Part shown: piece by piece, positions 25,534 to 33,656 of the stretch | Layout of the letters: each line of letters opens with the position of its first letter | Position numbering within the stretch: position 1 is the stretch's first letter | Assembly (NCBI GenBank): GCA_007122505.1 | Contig: SKTQ01000063.1 | Location: 1 to 37,609, forward strand | From: Bacteroidales bacterium | Lineage (GTDB): Bacteria; Bacteroidota; Bacteroidia; Bacteroidales; UBA7960 | Direction of reading: 5' to 3' | Length of the DNA stretch: 37,609 nucleotides | The notes under the pieces: model-generated | What the model was told of the DNA's origin: nothing | The model's input: only the letters and a program-made list of their open reading frames with translations | The model's database searches: none | Position numbers and translations under genes: made by a program

Positions 25534-26856
25534 ATGGCTACAAAAAAGCTGAGTAAATTTGAGTATGCGGGTGAAGAAGTTCCGGGCAGTGCCGGTTTTA
25601 AAGGCTTGCACCGGCAAGCTGCTTTTGAAACCCCCGCCGGTTATGCCTTTGTGGTTGTATCATCTGCCGTTGAAGAAAAAAGCCAGGCAGACTTGACCGC
25701 CCTGGTAATCGATCGCATTCGCTATTACATGAACACGGAAACAGAAGACAGTATTTCTTCCCTGCCCGGAAATGCTCTCGTTTATACAAGCGGATACCTC
25801 AAGCAGCAGAGTGAAAAAGACCCGGCAAAAGAAGCTAAAAAAATCAGCTGTTTGTGTGTGTTGTTGCATGAAGAAACCATCCATTATGCAGCCGCTGGGG
25901 ATGTTTGCTTGTGGTTATTTACCGACCGGAAATTGATCCCTGTTTATCAGCCACCCTCACAAGCAGCCATCGATGCCGGTGCTGACCGGAACTATATGGG
26001 TAACCAAAGCCTTATCAAGCCGGTAACCGGAACCCCGGAGGGAGTAGCTCCCCTGGATCATGATAAACTTTTGATAGGTTCCGCATCGCTTTGCAAATGC
26101 CTAACCGAAAAACAAGCAAGGAAGATTCTGCAGGACTCCATGCCGCTTAAATCCAAAACCTTGAGGTTGCTGCAACATGCATGTCAGGAGACACCTCCCG
26201 AAGCCGCCGCCCTGATGATCCTGTCATTTTATGAACTGCAGAACCAGGAGAGGATCGTTGTACCCCTTGAGCAGCCGGAAGTTCATAAACAGGGAATCAG
26301 CAAAGACAAGCCAAAAACCAATACCGCAAAAAAAACAGCTGTAAAAAAACCTGTTGTATCTGCCGGTTTATATTATTGGTTAAAGCTTGGTTTGCGCATT
26401 CTTGCCCTGTTATTTGTCGGCTACATGATTTATGATCTTTTCATTTTTGATCCTCACCCTCCCATACAAATTCCTGCTGCAATCACTGTTGTGGAAGAGG
26501 ATGTAGCGGTCGATCTGCCGGAGGATACCCTGTCATTTCCTGAACAGGAGCCACCTGCAATGCCGGATGACCTGACTTATACGGTTCGCGCCGGTGACAC
26601 CTGGTCCAGCATTTATCGCCGGTACAGGGTTTGCTCATGGTTTATCATCAACCACCCCCCAAACCGGGGCAGGCTGGGCAGAGAAGGCAGTTTGATTGCC
26701 GGCCAAAGCCTCCGGATACCCGTAAAATACTCAGGAAGTCCCGATCTGAATCCGCATTATTACCATGAGTTCACCCTTGATAAGGTTGGCAGCAACTGTC
26801 AGAATGCCAACAGGGCGTTTATTGAATCTTTTGAGGCAACCTATCAAAACCGCTGA
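25534..26856 (+). CDS. Membrane-anchored PP2C-like (probably inactive) domain protein with a C-terminal LysM domain
   Basis: The N-terminal ~230 aa follow the PP2C/SpoIIE fold pattern (IHYAAAGDVCLWLF; DKLLIGSASL). A Lys-rich linker, one TM helix (about 26368-26448) and a LysM-like module (YTVRAGDTWSSIY...LIAGQSLRIP, about 26575-26721) follow. Confidence 0.6.
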   Translation: MATKKLSKFEYAGEEVPGSAGFKGLHRQAAFETPAGYAFVVVSSAVEEKSQADLTALVIDRIRYYMNTETEDSISSLPGNALVYTSGYLKQQSEKDPAKEAKKISCLCVLLHEETIHYAAAGDVCLWLFTDRKLIPVYQPPSQAAIDAGADRNYMGNQSLIKPVTGTPEGVAPLDHDKLLIGSASLCKCLTEKQARKILQDSMPLKSKTLRLLQHACQETPPEAAALMILSFYELQNQERIVVPLEQPEVHKQGISKDKPKTNTAKKTAVKKPVVSAGLYYWLKLGLRILALLFVGYMIYDLFIFDPHPPIQIPAAITVVEEDVAVDLPEDTLSFPEQEPPAMPDDLTYTVRAGDTWSSIYRRYRVCSWFIINHPPNRGRLGREGSLIAGQSLRIPVKYSGSPDLNPHYYHEFTLDKVGSNCQNANRAFIESFEATYQNR

Positions 26857-26864
26857 TCCGGCCT

Positions 26865-27821
26865 ATGTTAGCAAAGAGAATTGTGCTTATCGCAGATCCT
26901 GTTCATCCATTGCTGATGGATGAGCTTAATGATTTTGGTTTTGAATGTGTTTATGAACCGGAAATATCCTTTGATGCTTTTTTGGAACATCTGCCACATC
27001 TTACCGGTATCATTATACGAAGTCGCTGGAAGTTAGATCAAAAGGTGTTGCAAAATGCAAAAAATCTACGCTTTGTGGGCCGGATTGGCAGTGGCCTGGA
27101 AAATATTGACGTGGACTATGCCCGGCAACATAACATTGTGTGCTTGAATGCACCTGAGGGTAACAGGCAGTCAGTTGGTGAACATGCTGCAGGGATGCTG
27201 CTGACATTGGTAAACAAAATCTGTTCGGCCGACAAGGAAGTGCGGCAGGGGATATGGCAACGTGAAAAAAACTGGGGGACAGAAATCCATGGCAAAACCC
27301 TGGGAATAATTGGATTTGGAAATACCGGAAGTGCCTTTGCCGAATGCATGAAAGGTTTTGGTATGGAAATTCTCGCATATGATAAGTATAAATCCGGTTT
27401 TGGTGCAGATCATGTCAGGGAAGCTACACAGCATGATATTTTTGATCGTGCAGATGTATTGAGCTTGCATGTTCCGCTTACTCCCGAGACGCACCATTTG
27501 GTAAATAGCCGTTATCTGGCGGAGTTTAAAAAACCGGTGTACATTATAAACACATCCAGGGGTGCCGTAGTCTCCACTGATGACCTGCTGGAAGCCATTG
27601 ATGCCGGTAAAGTACTGGGAGCAGCACTTGATGTTCTTGAATATGAGCTTTTTTCTTTTGAGAAATTAGACTTTGAACAACTGCCCGGGTCATTCAGGCG
27701 ACTGTCGAAATTGCCTGAGGTGGTCCTTACTCCGCACGTGGCAGGCTGGACCAATGAGTCCTATATGAAACTGTCGAAGGTTATGGCTGAAAAAATCAAA
27801 TTGTTATTTACAGGGGCCTGA
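26865..27821 (+). CDS. D-isomer-specific 2-hydroxyacid dehydrogenase family (phosphoglycerate dehydrogenase-like)
   Basis: 318 aa. NAD motif GIIGFGNTGSAF and the catalytic R/E/H triad context (TSRGAVV, LDVLEYE, TPHVAGWT). Confidence 0.85.
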   Translation: MLAKRIVLIADPVHPLLMDELNDFGFECVYEPEISFDAFLEHLPHLTGIIIRSRWKLDQKVLQNAKNLRFVGRIGSGLENIDVDYARQHNIVCLNAPEGNRQSVGEHAAGMLLTLVNKICSADKEVRQGIWQREKNWGTEIHGKTLGIIGFGNTGSAFAECMKGFGMEILAYDKYKSGFGADHVREATQHDIFDRADVLSLHVPLTPETHHLVNSRYLAEFKKPVYIINTSRGAVVSTDDLLEAIDAGKVLGAALDVLEYELFSFEKLDFEQLPGSFRRLSKLPEVVLTPHVAGWTNESYMKLSKVMAEKIKLLFTGA

Positions 27822-29105
27822 AGTTTCATTTTTTACCACCAACTGTAACGTGGTCCTGCTTTTTTGTTCCATCAACACTTCGCGCCCCTTTACCAGCTCA
27901 TCAATGTTTACCTTTCCGTAGTGCCTTACTGTGATCAGCTCCAGATTGCTGTTGTGTTTCACATGAAAGTTTTTCTTCAAATCCTTAAGCAATGCTGGTG
28001 TTTTGATCTTGTCGCGGTCAAAGCAGACAGAAAAACTGATGGCGGAATTTTGCATCAGGTTCATGCGAACGCCGTGCCGGGCAAAATCGGCAAAAATCCG
28101 CGACAGGTTTTCTTCAGCAATGAAGCTGAAATCCATGGGGAAAATAGAAACAAGCACCTGGTTATACTTAAAGATAAAGGAAGGAACCAGATGGTCTTTT
28201 GTTTCGTTTTGATTGATGAGGGAACCTTCTTTGTTTGGCTGTTCAAAGGATTTGACCCTGAGAGGGATGTTTTTGCTAAGCAGCGGTTTCAGTGTTTTGG
28301 GATGAATTACGGTGGCACCGTAATAGGCCAGCTCTATGGCTTCCTGGTAACTGATGTTGTTTAATAGTACGGTGTTTGGCAGAATTTTGGGATCGGCGTT
28401 GAGCAAGCCGGGAACATCTTTCCATATTACAACTTCTGAAGCATCGAGGGCATAGGCGATAATGGCAGCCGTAAAATCAGATCCTTCCCTGCCAAGGGTT
28501 GTGGTAAACCCCTGTGTGGTTCCACCGATGAATCCTTGTGTGATGACCAGTGGCGGCAAATCTTCTTTTGTGAGAAAGGGTAACAGTTTTTCCCGAATGT
28601 TGCGGGTGCTCATGATCCAGTCAACACGGGCGTCCCGGAAGTTGGCATCTGTGATCACCAGTTTTGGGGCGTTGAACAGATAATTGTGCAAGCCTATCTC
28701 TTTCAGATAGGCACTGAGGATTTGTGTTGAAACCATTTCACCGGTTGAAACAATACGGTCGTATTCATAATTATAGTTGTTGCCCGGTTCTTCGGTAATG
28801 TAATAGTACAGTTTGTAAAATGACTGTTCCAAAACACTGAATACAGGGTGACCCGGATCGGTGAAAAGCCCTTGTGCAACCTGCAGGTGTGAAGCCTTAA
28901 GCTGATCAAAGATCTCCATCATAGCCGGCTTATTCCTGTCCATGAACATGGCACACAGCAATTCCAGCGCATTGGTCGTTTTTCCCATGGCCGACAGTAC
29001 CACCACCAGCGGCCCGGTGCCATGCTGGTGCTTGATGATCTCTGCCACATTTCGCACCGACTGCGGGTCTTTTACCGAAGCCCCTCCAAACTTGAATATG
29101 CGCAT
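27804..29105 (-). CDS. lysC: Aspartate kinase
   Basis: 433 aa. MRIFKFGGASVKD, an amino-acid-kinase fold (VVVLSAMGKTTN, GREGSDFTAA) and C-terminal ACT-like repeats. Confidence 0.9.
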   Translation of the reverse strand: MRIFKFGGASVKDPQSVRNVAEIIKHQHGTGPLVVVLSAMGKTTNALELLCAMFMDRNKPAMMEIFDQLKASHLQVAQGLFTDPGHPVFSVLEQSFYKLYYYITEEPGNNYNYEYDRIVSTGEMVSTQILSAYLKEIGLHNYLFNAPKLVITDANFRDARVDWIMSTRNIREKLLPFLTKEDLPPLVITQGFIGGTTQGFTTTLGREGSDFTAAIIAYALDASEVVIWKDVPGLLNADPKILPNTVLLNNISYQEAIELAYYGATVIHPKTLKPLLSKNIPLRVKSFEQPNKEGSLINQNETKDHLVPSFIFKYNQVLVSIFPMDFSFIAEENLSRIFADFARHGVRMNLMQNSAISFSVCFDRDKIKTPALLKDLKKNFHVKHNSNLELITVRHYGKVNIDELVKGREVLMEQKSRTTLQLVVKNETSGPCK

Positions 29106-29143
29106 GCTTGTTTCGTATTGTACCGGTATGTACGGTTGTTCTG

Positions 29144-29151
29144 CAAATATA
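29144..29151 (-). promoter_or_regulatory. Bacteroidota-type -7 promoter box (TATATTTG) for aspartate kinase
   Basis: Exact TAnnTTTG on the minus strand, 39 nt upstream of the ATG at 29105. Confidence 0.45.
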
Positions 29152-29152
29152 T

Positions 29153-29181
29153 AAAAAACCCCGGCGGTTACCGGGGTTTTT
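29153..29181 (-). terminator. Rho-independent terminator after the ECF sigma gene
   Basis: Stem ccccgg / ccgggg (29159-29164 and 29171-29176), flanked by an A-run (29153-29158) and a T-run (29177-29181). A T-run follows on the minus strand. Confidence 0.7.
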
Positions 29182-29224
29182 CAAAATGAAAGGGATAATA
29201 TATATTTGGAAGAATGTTACAACA

Positions 29225-29725
29225 TCATGCTGATTTCAGTGCTTCCATAAGCTTTTTACGGGTAAAGAAAATCCGGCTTTTAACTGTTCCGATAGATAGA
29301 TTCAGCTTTTCGGCAATTTCCTTGTATTTATAACCGTTGTTGTACATCTCAAATGGCAGGCGCTGCTCTTCGCTGATGCTTTCAACCACCTTGGTAATCT
29401 CTTTGAGTGAATAGTCAGAGTCGGGAAGGCCAATGCTGCTTTCCTGCGAGAGATTGAGGTAGTACAGATCATCTGTTTTGTCCAGGATGGTGTTATTTCT
29501 CACATTTTGCCTGTAATTGTTGATGAAGGTGTTTTTCATGATGGTGAAAGTCCAAGCCTTTAAATTGGTGTTTTCTGTGAACTTATCACGGTTGGTAATC
29601 GCTTTCAGAAAAGTTTCCTGAACCAGGTCCTGGGCATCCTCATAGTTGGATGTTAAGGTGTAGGCAAAATATTTCAGGTTCTTCTGGAGTCCCAGTAATT
29701 TGTAGTTAAATTCAAGTGCTGTCAT
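29225..29725 (-). CDS. ECF-subfamily RNA polymerase sigma-70 factor
   Basis: 166 aa. Region 2 (DAQDLVQETFLKA...AWTFTIMKN) and the region 4 HTH (YKYKEIAEKLNLSIGTVKSRIFFTRKKL). No anti-sigma gene is adjacent. Confidence 0.85.
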   Translation of the reverse strand: MTALEFNYKLLGLQKNLKYFAYTLTSNYEDAQDLVQETFLKAITNRDKFTENTNLKAWTFTIMKNTFINNYRQNVRNNTILDKTDDLYYLNLSQESSIGLPDSDYSLKEITKVVESISEEQRLPFEMYNNGYKYKEIAEKLNLSIGTVKSRIFFTRKKLMEALKSA

Positions 29726-29753
29726 GACGGTTGTGGTTTTAGTTGTTCAAATG

Positions 29754-29769
29754 TTGTATTACAAAATTA
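29754..29769 (-). promoter_or_regulatory. -7 promoter box (TAATTTTG) overlapped by an 11-nt perfect palindrome, upstream of the ECF sigma gene
   Basis: The minus-strand TAATTTTG corresponds to plus 29762-29769. The palindrome ttgtattacaa at 29754-29764 overlaps its 3' end, 29 nt upstream of the ATG at 29725. Confidence 0.45.
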
Positions 29770-30180
29770 AACAAAAAAATTTATCGCACAAACGTTTTAA
29801 AACTTTTTAACAAAACATGTTGAGTAAATATAGCGTTTGGTGTGCACAAAAAATCTGTTTGGCAGACAAAAATAAGCAATACAATGCGTATTTAAAAGGG
29901 TTTCATGTTTAATTTATGTTAAAGATTGTGCGGTTTATTGCAGCGAGAGTATGATAACAAAGGGTTAAAATCTTTGCAGCTTGGTTCTTTCGGCCATTGA
30001 AAATAAAGCTTGAAAAGAGGTGGTTGTGTTTAACGTCCTGCCTCAACAGATTATATGAAATATTTTTATCGAAACAGGAAAACACAATAATCAGGTCATG
30101 GATATGAATAAATGACTTGTTGAACCATGTGGCTCAATCTTGCATTATGCAATTACGAAATTTGCTCAGGAGAAATGTTT

Positions 30181-31068
30181 TTAGAGGGCTTTCAGTTTTT
30201 CTTTGAATTCTTCCACATCTTTTACAGGAACTACATTTGCAGGCAAATTGATCCCTTTCTGGAATATCTGGTATCCGGTAACGAATATTTTTTGGTGGCT
30301 AAAGTTTTCGGAAAGCTTTTGCAAATAATCCGGAATCTCTTTGGCATTCATGGCAGCCACAAAATAGGTAAAAAGATAATCGGCTTTTCGAATTTTCAAT
30401 ACCTCCAATACATCATCAAAAGGTACCGACTGACCGAGATATATCACCTTGAAACCATTCTTTTTAAGAATGAAACTGTAAAACAGCAAGCCTAGCTCAT
30501 GTAATTCGTTTTCAGGCAGAAACAGCAGAAAGGTTTTTGCATCCTGTGCCGTGGGCTTTGCCTGTCCGTCGATGGCAATGATGATTTTCTGGCGTACCAG
30601 GTTGGTGATAAAGTGTTCCTGGGCTGGGTTGATATTGTCGATTAACCAGAGAACACCCACTTTTTCCAGGAACGGATACAAAACATGGGTAACACACTTT
30701 TCAAATCCAAGCTTCAGAATAGCTGTGTTGAGCGTATGTTCAAAAACATCTTCGCTCATTTCAATCATTGAAACCACCAGGTTGTTGATCATGGTATCAT
30801 AATCACCGTGCGTACCTGCAATTTCCATGATCTTTTCGTTGATCTCTGCATCATCCATTTTGGCGATATTGGAGATCTTGAAGCCATGTTTGTTAAGGGT
30901 GCTGATATTCAGTATTTTTTTTAGATCACAATTGTGATAATACCGGATATTGGTATCGGTTCTTTTTGGTTCAATTATACCATAGCGCTTCTCCCATATA
31001 CGGATGGTATGGGCTTTTATACCGCTTAGTTTTTCCAGGTCATTAATGGAGAAGCGATGGGTATGCAT
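30181..31068 (-). CDS. MerR-family transcriptional regulator with a B12-binding C-terminal module (CarH/LitR-like)
   Basis: 295 aa. MerR HTH (FSINDLEKLSGIKAHTIRIWEKRYG), a helical-bundle domain with a W-x9-EH motif (VLWLIDNINPAQEHF), and a Rossmann-like domain with ExHxxG (ENELHELG). The downstream SxL/GG motifs are degenerate. Confidence 0.8.
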   Translation of the reverse strand: MHTHRFSINDLEKLSGIKAHTIRIWEKRYGIIEPKRTDTNIRYYHNCDLKKILNISTLNKHGFKISNIAKMDDAEINEKIMEIAGTHGDYDTMINNLVVSMIEMSEDVFEHTLNTAILKLGFEKCVTHVLYPFLEKVGVLWLIDNINPAQEHFITNLVRQKIIIAIDGQAKPTAQDAKTFLLFLPENELHELGLLFYSFILKKNGFKVIYLGQSVPFDDVLEVLKIRKADYLFTYFVAAMNAKEIPDYLQKLSENFSHQKIFVTGYQIFQKGINLPANVVPVKDVEEFKEKLKAL

Positions 31069-31233
31069 TTTGTCGTTTTTAAAGTCAGATATTCAACCAA
31101 TAAACGTTAACAAATAAAAAAAGTTCATGGTTTGTTCAATTAAAATAAAATACTTATATTGTGGGGCATAAAAATCCGGACGGAGATATTACAGGCCTAA
31201 TCTTCAATATAATATTCTCATTAAAAATTAAAA

Positions 31234-32142
31234 ATGAAAACCATGGAGTTAAACAATTTAGAAGTCACAGAGCAGCCGGAGGGTTTCCGGTTTGCCAGCA
31301 TCCGAGAGCTGGTAAACCGAACCCTCAACCAAAACTTCGGCTCCCCCATTAACAGGGACAACGTATCCAGCGGGTTCAAAGAACTCGACAAAGCATTGGG
31401 TGGATTTCAGAATGGACAATTATATACGATTGCGGTTAAACCAGGAATGGGGAAAACCGCTTTTTTGTTGTCCATTACCAACAACATGGCTATTAAAGAC
31501 AACTATTCGGTAGCCATTTTTTCGTCGGAAAGATCCAACCAAAAGATGACAAACCGGCTTATTGAAACAGAAACCGGTATGTCATTAAGCCAGCTTCAGT
31601 CAGGTAGCTTCAAAGAGAGTGAGCGTGATCATCTTCTTTCCATGCTCAGCAACATTGCAAAGGCCAAGATATTTATGGACGACACACCGGCTTTGTCAAC
31701 CTCTTTGTTTGCAAAAAAGATCAAAGAGCTCAAGCAGCGGCAACACATTGATCTGGTTATTATTGATTATCTGGAGTTGCTCACCACCGACATCGGGCAG
31801 AAGAATGACCGCCCGGCTCAATTGGGCAGCATCGTGAAAGAATTGCGCGACATTGCTTCTGCATTGGATATTCCGGTCCTCCTGTTTTCCCAGTCTGCCG
31901 GATTTACCAATGGCTATCCCGGCGAAAAACGCCCTTCAATGGAGGCTCTGCCTGCATTTTTGAAAGATCATTCAGATGTTTGCATGTTACTGCACCGCAA
32001 CATTTTTTTGCCTGTGAAACCAAAATCCTCTGCGATGCAGGCCGTCGAGTTGTACGCAATTCACCGGGACAACCCGGATAAAGAAATTATTGTGCCGCTC
32101 AACTTTATTGAAAGCATTGCAAAATTCACCGATTTTTCTTAA
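31234..32142 (+). CDS. DnaB C-terminal-domain-only (RecA-fold) ATPase
   Basis: 302 aa. Colinear with DnaB motifs H1 (KPGMGKTAFLL), H1a (FSSERS), H2 (LVIIDYLELL), H3 (FSQS) and H4 region (LLHRN). It lacks the DnaB N-terminal domain. Confidence 0.75.
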   Translation: MKTMELNNLEVTEQPEGFRFASIRELVNRTLNQNFGSPINRDNVSSGFKELDKALGGFQNGQLYTIAVKPGMGKTAFLLSITNNMAIKDNYSVAIFSSERSNQKMTNRLIETETGMSLSQLQSGSFKESERDHLLSMLSNIAKAKIFMDDTPALSTSLFAKKIKELKQRQHIDLVIIDYLELLTTDIGQKNDRPAQLGSIVKELRDIASALDIPVLLFSQSAGFTNGYPGEKRPSMEALPAFLKDHSDVCMLLHRNIFLPVKPKSSAMQAVELYAIHRDNPDKEIIVPLNFIESIAKFTDFS

Positions 32143-32151
32143 AAAGACCAG

Positions 32152-32178
32152 CCCGGCATCCAGATGCCGGGTTTTTTT
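32152..32178 (+). terminator. Rho-independent terminator after the DnaB_C-like gene
   Basis: Stem cccggcatc / gatgccggg (32152-32160 and 32163-32171) followed by T7 at 32172-32178. Confidence 0.75.
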
Positions 32179-32211
32179 ATTATTTTGCGGCCAAAATAAA
32201 CACCATAAGCT

Positions 32212-32751
32212 ATGGCAATCATTAACGAAAATGAAATGCGTCAGGATACCGTGCTTCATGTGGCAAAGAGAATGGTCGTGGCAGCACGCACTGCACCAAA
32301 AGCCCGCGGCGTTAACAACATCGCCATGTCTATCCTGACAGGCAGTGATATCCAGTCACTTGCCAAAACCATGAAAGAAATCGGAGAAGAACAAGGCAAC
32401 CGAATCTTCCTCAGGGATGCATCCAACGTGCTGGACCATGCCCAGGCAGTTGTGATCATGGGTACCAGAATTGAGTCGCTGGGCCTAAAAACCTGCGGGC
32501 TTTGCGGCTTCCCCGATTGTGCGTCCAAAAACAAAGAACCCAACATCCCTTGTGCTTTCAACACCGGCGACCTGGGCATAGCCATAGGCTCAGCTGCCAG
32601 TGTTGCCATGGATGCCAGGATCGATAACCGGATCATGTACACCATTGGCGTCGCAGCCCAGAAAATGGGCCTGCTGGGCAAGAATTATAAAATTGTTTAT
32701 GGTATCCCGCTCAGCGCAACCTCTAAAAATCCATTCTTCGACCGAAAATAA
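32212..32751 (+). CDS. DUF2148-like ferredoxin-domain protein
   Basis: 179 aa. Cys cluster CGLCGFPDC...C, a nitroreductase-like flanking pattern (TAPKARG, GIAIGSAA). Recalled resemblance to DUF2148, not verified. Confidence 0.55.
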   Translation: MAIINENEMRQDTVLHVAKRMVVAARTAPKARGVNNIAMSILTGSDIQSLAKTMKEIGEEQGNRIFLRDASNVLDHAQAVVIMGTRIESLGLKTCGLCGFPDCASKNKEPNIPCAFNTGDLGIAIGSAASVAMDARIDNRIMYTIGVAAQKMGLLGKNYKIVYGIPLSATSKNPFFDRK

Positions 32752-32881
32752 TCATCCATTCAAAACATATTATTTTTCTGTTTTTTAAACAAAAGACATC
32801 ACTGCTTGTTTCTATTCAGGTAATTATTTGCCGGCATGCTTTTTAGAACATGCTATGTATCATCAAAAAAATTAACCTGCC

Positions 32882-33394
32882 ATGAAAAGAAACAGCGATT
32901 TGGTTACACTTGCGGGAAACCCGGTAACATTAAAGGGAAAACTGGTGAAGGAAGGCCATAATGCAAAGAACTTTGTTGCTTTGTCCAACGATATGAAACC
33001 TGTCAGCCTGAGCGACTACAAGGGTAAGGTGCGCATCATTTCTTCCGTTCCAAGCGTCGATACCGCTGTGTGCGCACAACAAACAAGGCGATTCAACCTG
33101 GAAGCATCAAAACTGGATAACATACAGATTATTACCATTTCCAACGATTTGCCTTTCGCGTTAAAGCGATTCTGTGCTGCCGAAGGAATTGAAAACCTTG
33201 TGACTGTCTCCGATCAAAAAGACAGGGATTTTGGTATAAAGTACGGCCTGTTTATTGAAGAGGTTGGCCTCCTGGCGCGTGCAGTGGTCGTAGTCGATAA
33301 AGATGACACTGTAAAATATGTAGAGCTGGTCAGGGAAGTCGGCGAGCAGCCCGATTATGACAAAGCCCTGCTTGTAGCCAAAGAACTGACATAA
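32882..33394 (+). CDS. tpx: Thiol peroxidase (atypical 2-Cys peroxiredoxin, Tpx type)
   Basis: 170 aa. Peroxidatic Cys context SVPSVDTAVCAQQT and resolving Cys context KRFCAAEG. Confidence 0.9.
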   Translation: MKRNSDLVTLAGNPVTLKGKLVKEGHNAKNFVALSNDMKPVSLSDYKGKVRIISSVPSVDTAVCAQQTRRFNLEASKLDNIQIITISNDLPFALKRFCAAEGIENLVTVSDQKDRDFGIKYGLFIEEVGLLARAVVVVDKDDTVKYVELVREVGEQPDYDKALLVAKELT

Positions 33395-33486
33395 TTAAGT
33401 AGCCAAAGCAATCTTATAAATACTATTGGGATCTGAAATGTTGTAAAATTTTTCATCATTGTGGTTTTTGGTGAATCATGATCCCC

Positions 33487-33515
33487 GCGGAGCCTCAACG
33501 GCTCCGCTTTTTTTT
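33487..33515 (+). terminator. Rho-independent terminator after tpx
   Basis: Stem gcggagcc / ggctccgc (33487-33494 and 33500-33507) followed by T8. Confidence 0.75.
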
Positions 33516-33603
33516 GCCATAAAGGCAAGACAACCCCCTGCCGGAAGTGCATACAGATTATTCAAAGAAGGGGCAGGATTTTATCGATTTTCTTCTTTAT
33601 TAT

Positions 33604-33634
33604 AAAAAAGGCGGGAAACACATTGTTTCCCGCC
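33604..33634 (-). terminator. Rho-independent terminator after dnaK
   Basis: 11-bp stem ggcgggaaaca / tgtttcccgcc (33610-33620 and 33624-33634). A T-run follows on the minus strand (plus-strand A-run at 33604-33609). Confidence 0.8.
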
Positions 33635-33656
33635 TTTGATCATGATGTTCTCTCCT

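Noticed and set aside
29106-29224. Possible lysine riboswitch upstream of aspartate kinase.
   Set aside because: Only about 40 nt lie between the -7 box and the ATG. The rest of the 119-nt gap is the sigma-gene terminator, which is far too short for an L-box (about 180 nt).
30127-30495. 122-aa plus-strand ORF.
   Set aside because: It is antisense to the well-supported MerR/B12 regulator gene and has no recognisable domain.
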